64,000 nt of DNA from an uncultured Candidatus Rokubacteria bacterium (lineage in GTDB: Bacteria > Methylomirabilota > Methylomirabilia > Rokubacteriales > CSP1-6): contig CAVWWD010000008.1 of the NCBI GenBank assembly GCA_963758635.1, forward strand, positions 192,001-256,000, in the 5' to 3' direction. This document shows positions 63,262 to 64,000 of this stretch, in pieces (positions within the stretch are counted from its first letter, which is position 1; every line of letters begins with the position of its first letter). The position numbers were made by a program, and so were the translations under genes. Under the pieces are notes generated by a model, which worked only from the letters and a program-made list of their open reading frames with translations, made no database searches and was not told the origin of the DNA.

Positions 63262-63798
63262 GCCACGGCGCGCCGACCGTGCTGGTGCTGCCGGGCTACG
63301 GCGACTCCGGGCCCGCGCACTGGCAGAGCCTGTGGCAGGCCAAGCATCCGGAGTACCGTCGCGTCCAGCAGAAGGACTGGGAGAACCCGGCGCGCGCGGA
63401 CTGGGTCGACGCGCTCGACGCCGCGGTGCGCGCGGCCGCCGGCCCCGTGGTGTTCGTGGCCCACAGCCTGGGGTGCCTGACCGTCGCGCACTGGGCGGCG
63501 GCGCATCGCGCCCCGGTCACGGGCGCGCTCCTCGTCGCCCCCGCGGACGTTCGAGGCGATGGAGCTGCCCCCGTCCATCCTGACGTTCCGGCCCATCCCG
63601 CACGGGCGCCTGCCGTTTCCCTCCGTCGTGGTCGCGAGCGACGACGACCTCTACGCGGAGATCGAGCGGGCGCGGCGGTGGGCGAGCGCGTGGGGCAGCC
63701 GTTTCGTGCGCCTCGAGCGCGCGGGGCACATCAACGCCGACGCCGGGTTCGGCCCGTGGCCGGAGGGAGAAGCGCTGCTCGACGAGCTCCTGACGTAA
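63258..63798 (+). CDS. RBBP9/YdeN family alpha/beta hydrolase; frameshift near 63550
   Basis: LVLPGYGDSGPAHWQ, VAHSLGC, ASDDD, AGHIN..GFGPWPEG. Confidence 0.88.
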
Positions 63799-63822
63799 AC
63801 TCTCCCGGTCGGATCCGCTCCC

Positions 63823-63919
63823 CAGGACTTCGAATGAATGGCGAGACGGCAGTGCACGTGAACGCAGAATCGCGGTGTTCGTCCGCTCGCCGGCGTCAAA
63901 ATCTGTCTTCCGTCACAAC
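63823..63919. repeat. MITE-like dispersed repeat (family B), copy 3
   Basis: GAATGAATGGCGAGACG is identical to copy 2; ends TCACAAC. Confidence 0.72.
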
Positions 63920-63942
63920 GTGTGCCAGGAGGCATACCGATC

Positions 63943-64000
63943 ATGGCAACGAAGCCCACCGTGGTGACGCCTGCCCGTTTCGCGTCTGGCCTGACGTTTC
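63943..64000 (+). CDS. 5' end of a protein, possibly thioredoxin-like (truncated by the window)
   Basis: AGGAGG RBS; MATKPTVVTPARFASGLTF. Too short for a firm call. Confidence 0.4.
   Translation, partial: MATKPTVVTPARFASGLTF

Noticed and set aside
3775..63798. Mass pseudogenisation or programmed frameshifting in NRPS and other genes
   Set aside because: About 20 single-base frame changes are scattered through unrelated genes, including housekeeping ones, with motifs intact on both sides and some compensating pairs. This is typical of long-read indel error; it needs read polishing to confirm.

Overview
High-GC (visually ~70%) bacterial window. Gene content (many amidohydrolases, LLM/SDR oxidoreductases, ABC importers) suggests a soil lineage such as Candidatus Rokubacteria, but this is an inference and no marker gene is present. 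Bases 1-17.4 kb are the 3' end of an unusual NRPS cluster: [..C-A(Thr)-T-TE], [C-A(Asx-like)-T], [C-A(fungal Lys2/aminoadipate-like)-T-TE], [oxalate-CoA-ligase-like A-T-C-A(beta-amino-acid type)-T], then an Sfp-type PPTase. Both TEs have a Cys nucleophile (GxCxG) and no His at the usual C-terminal catalytic position. The loading-module gene is bracketed by two ~85-bp direct repeats. The rest is catabolic, transport and housekeeping genes, a small lower-GC islet with an internally deleted RelE toxin, a NUDIX remnant, and two more families of short dispersed repeats. One of these forms a 3x80-bp tandem array and also appears to sit inside the 5' end of a solute-binding-protein gene. Many single-base frameshifts in otherwise intact genes are most likely assembly indel errors. 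No tRNA, rRNA, CRISPR array or transposase was recognised.
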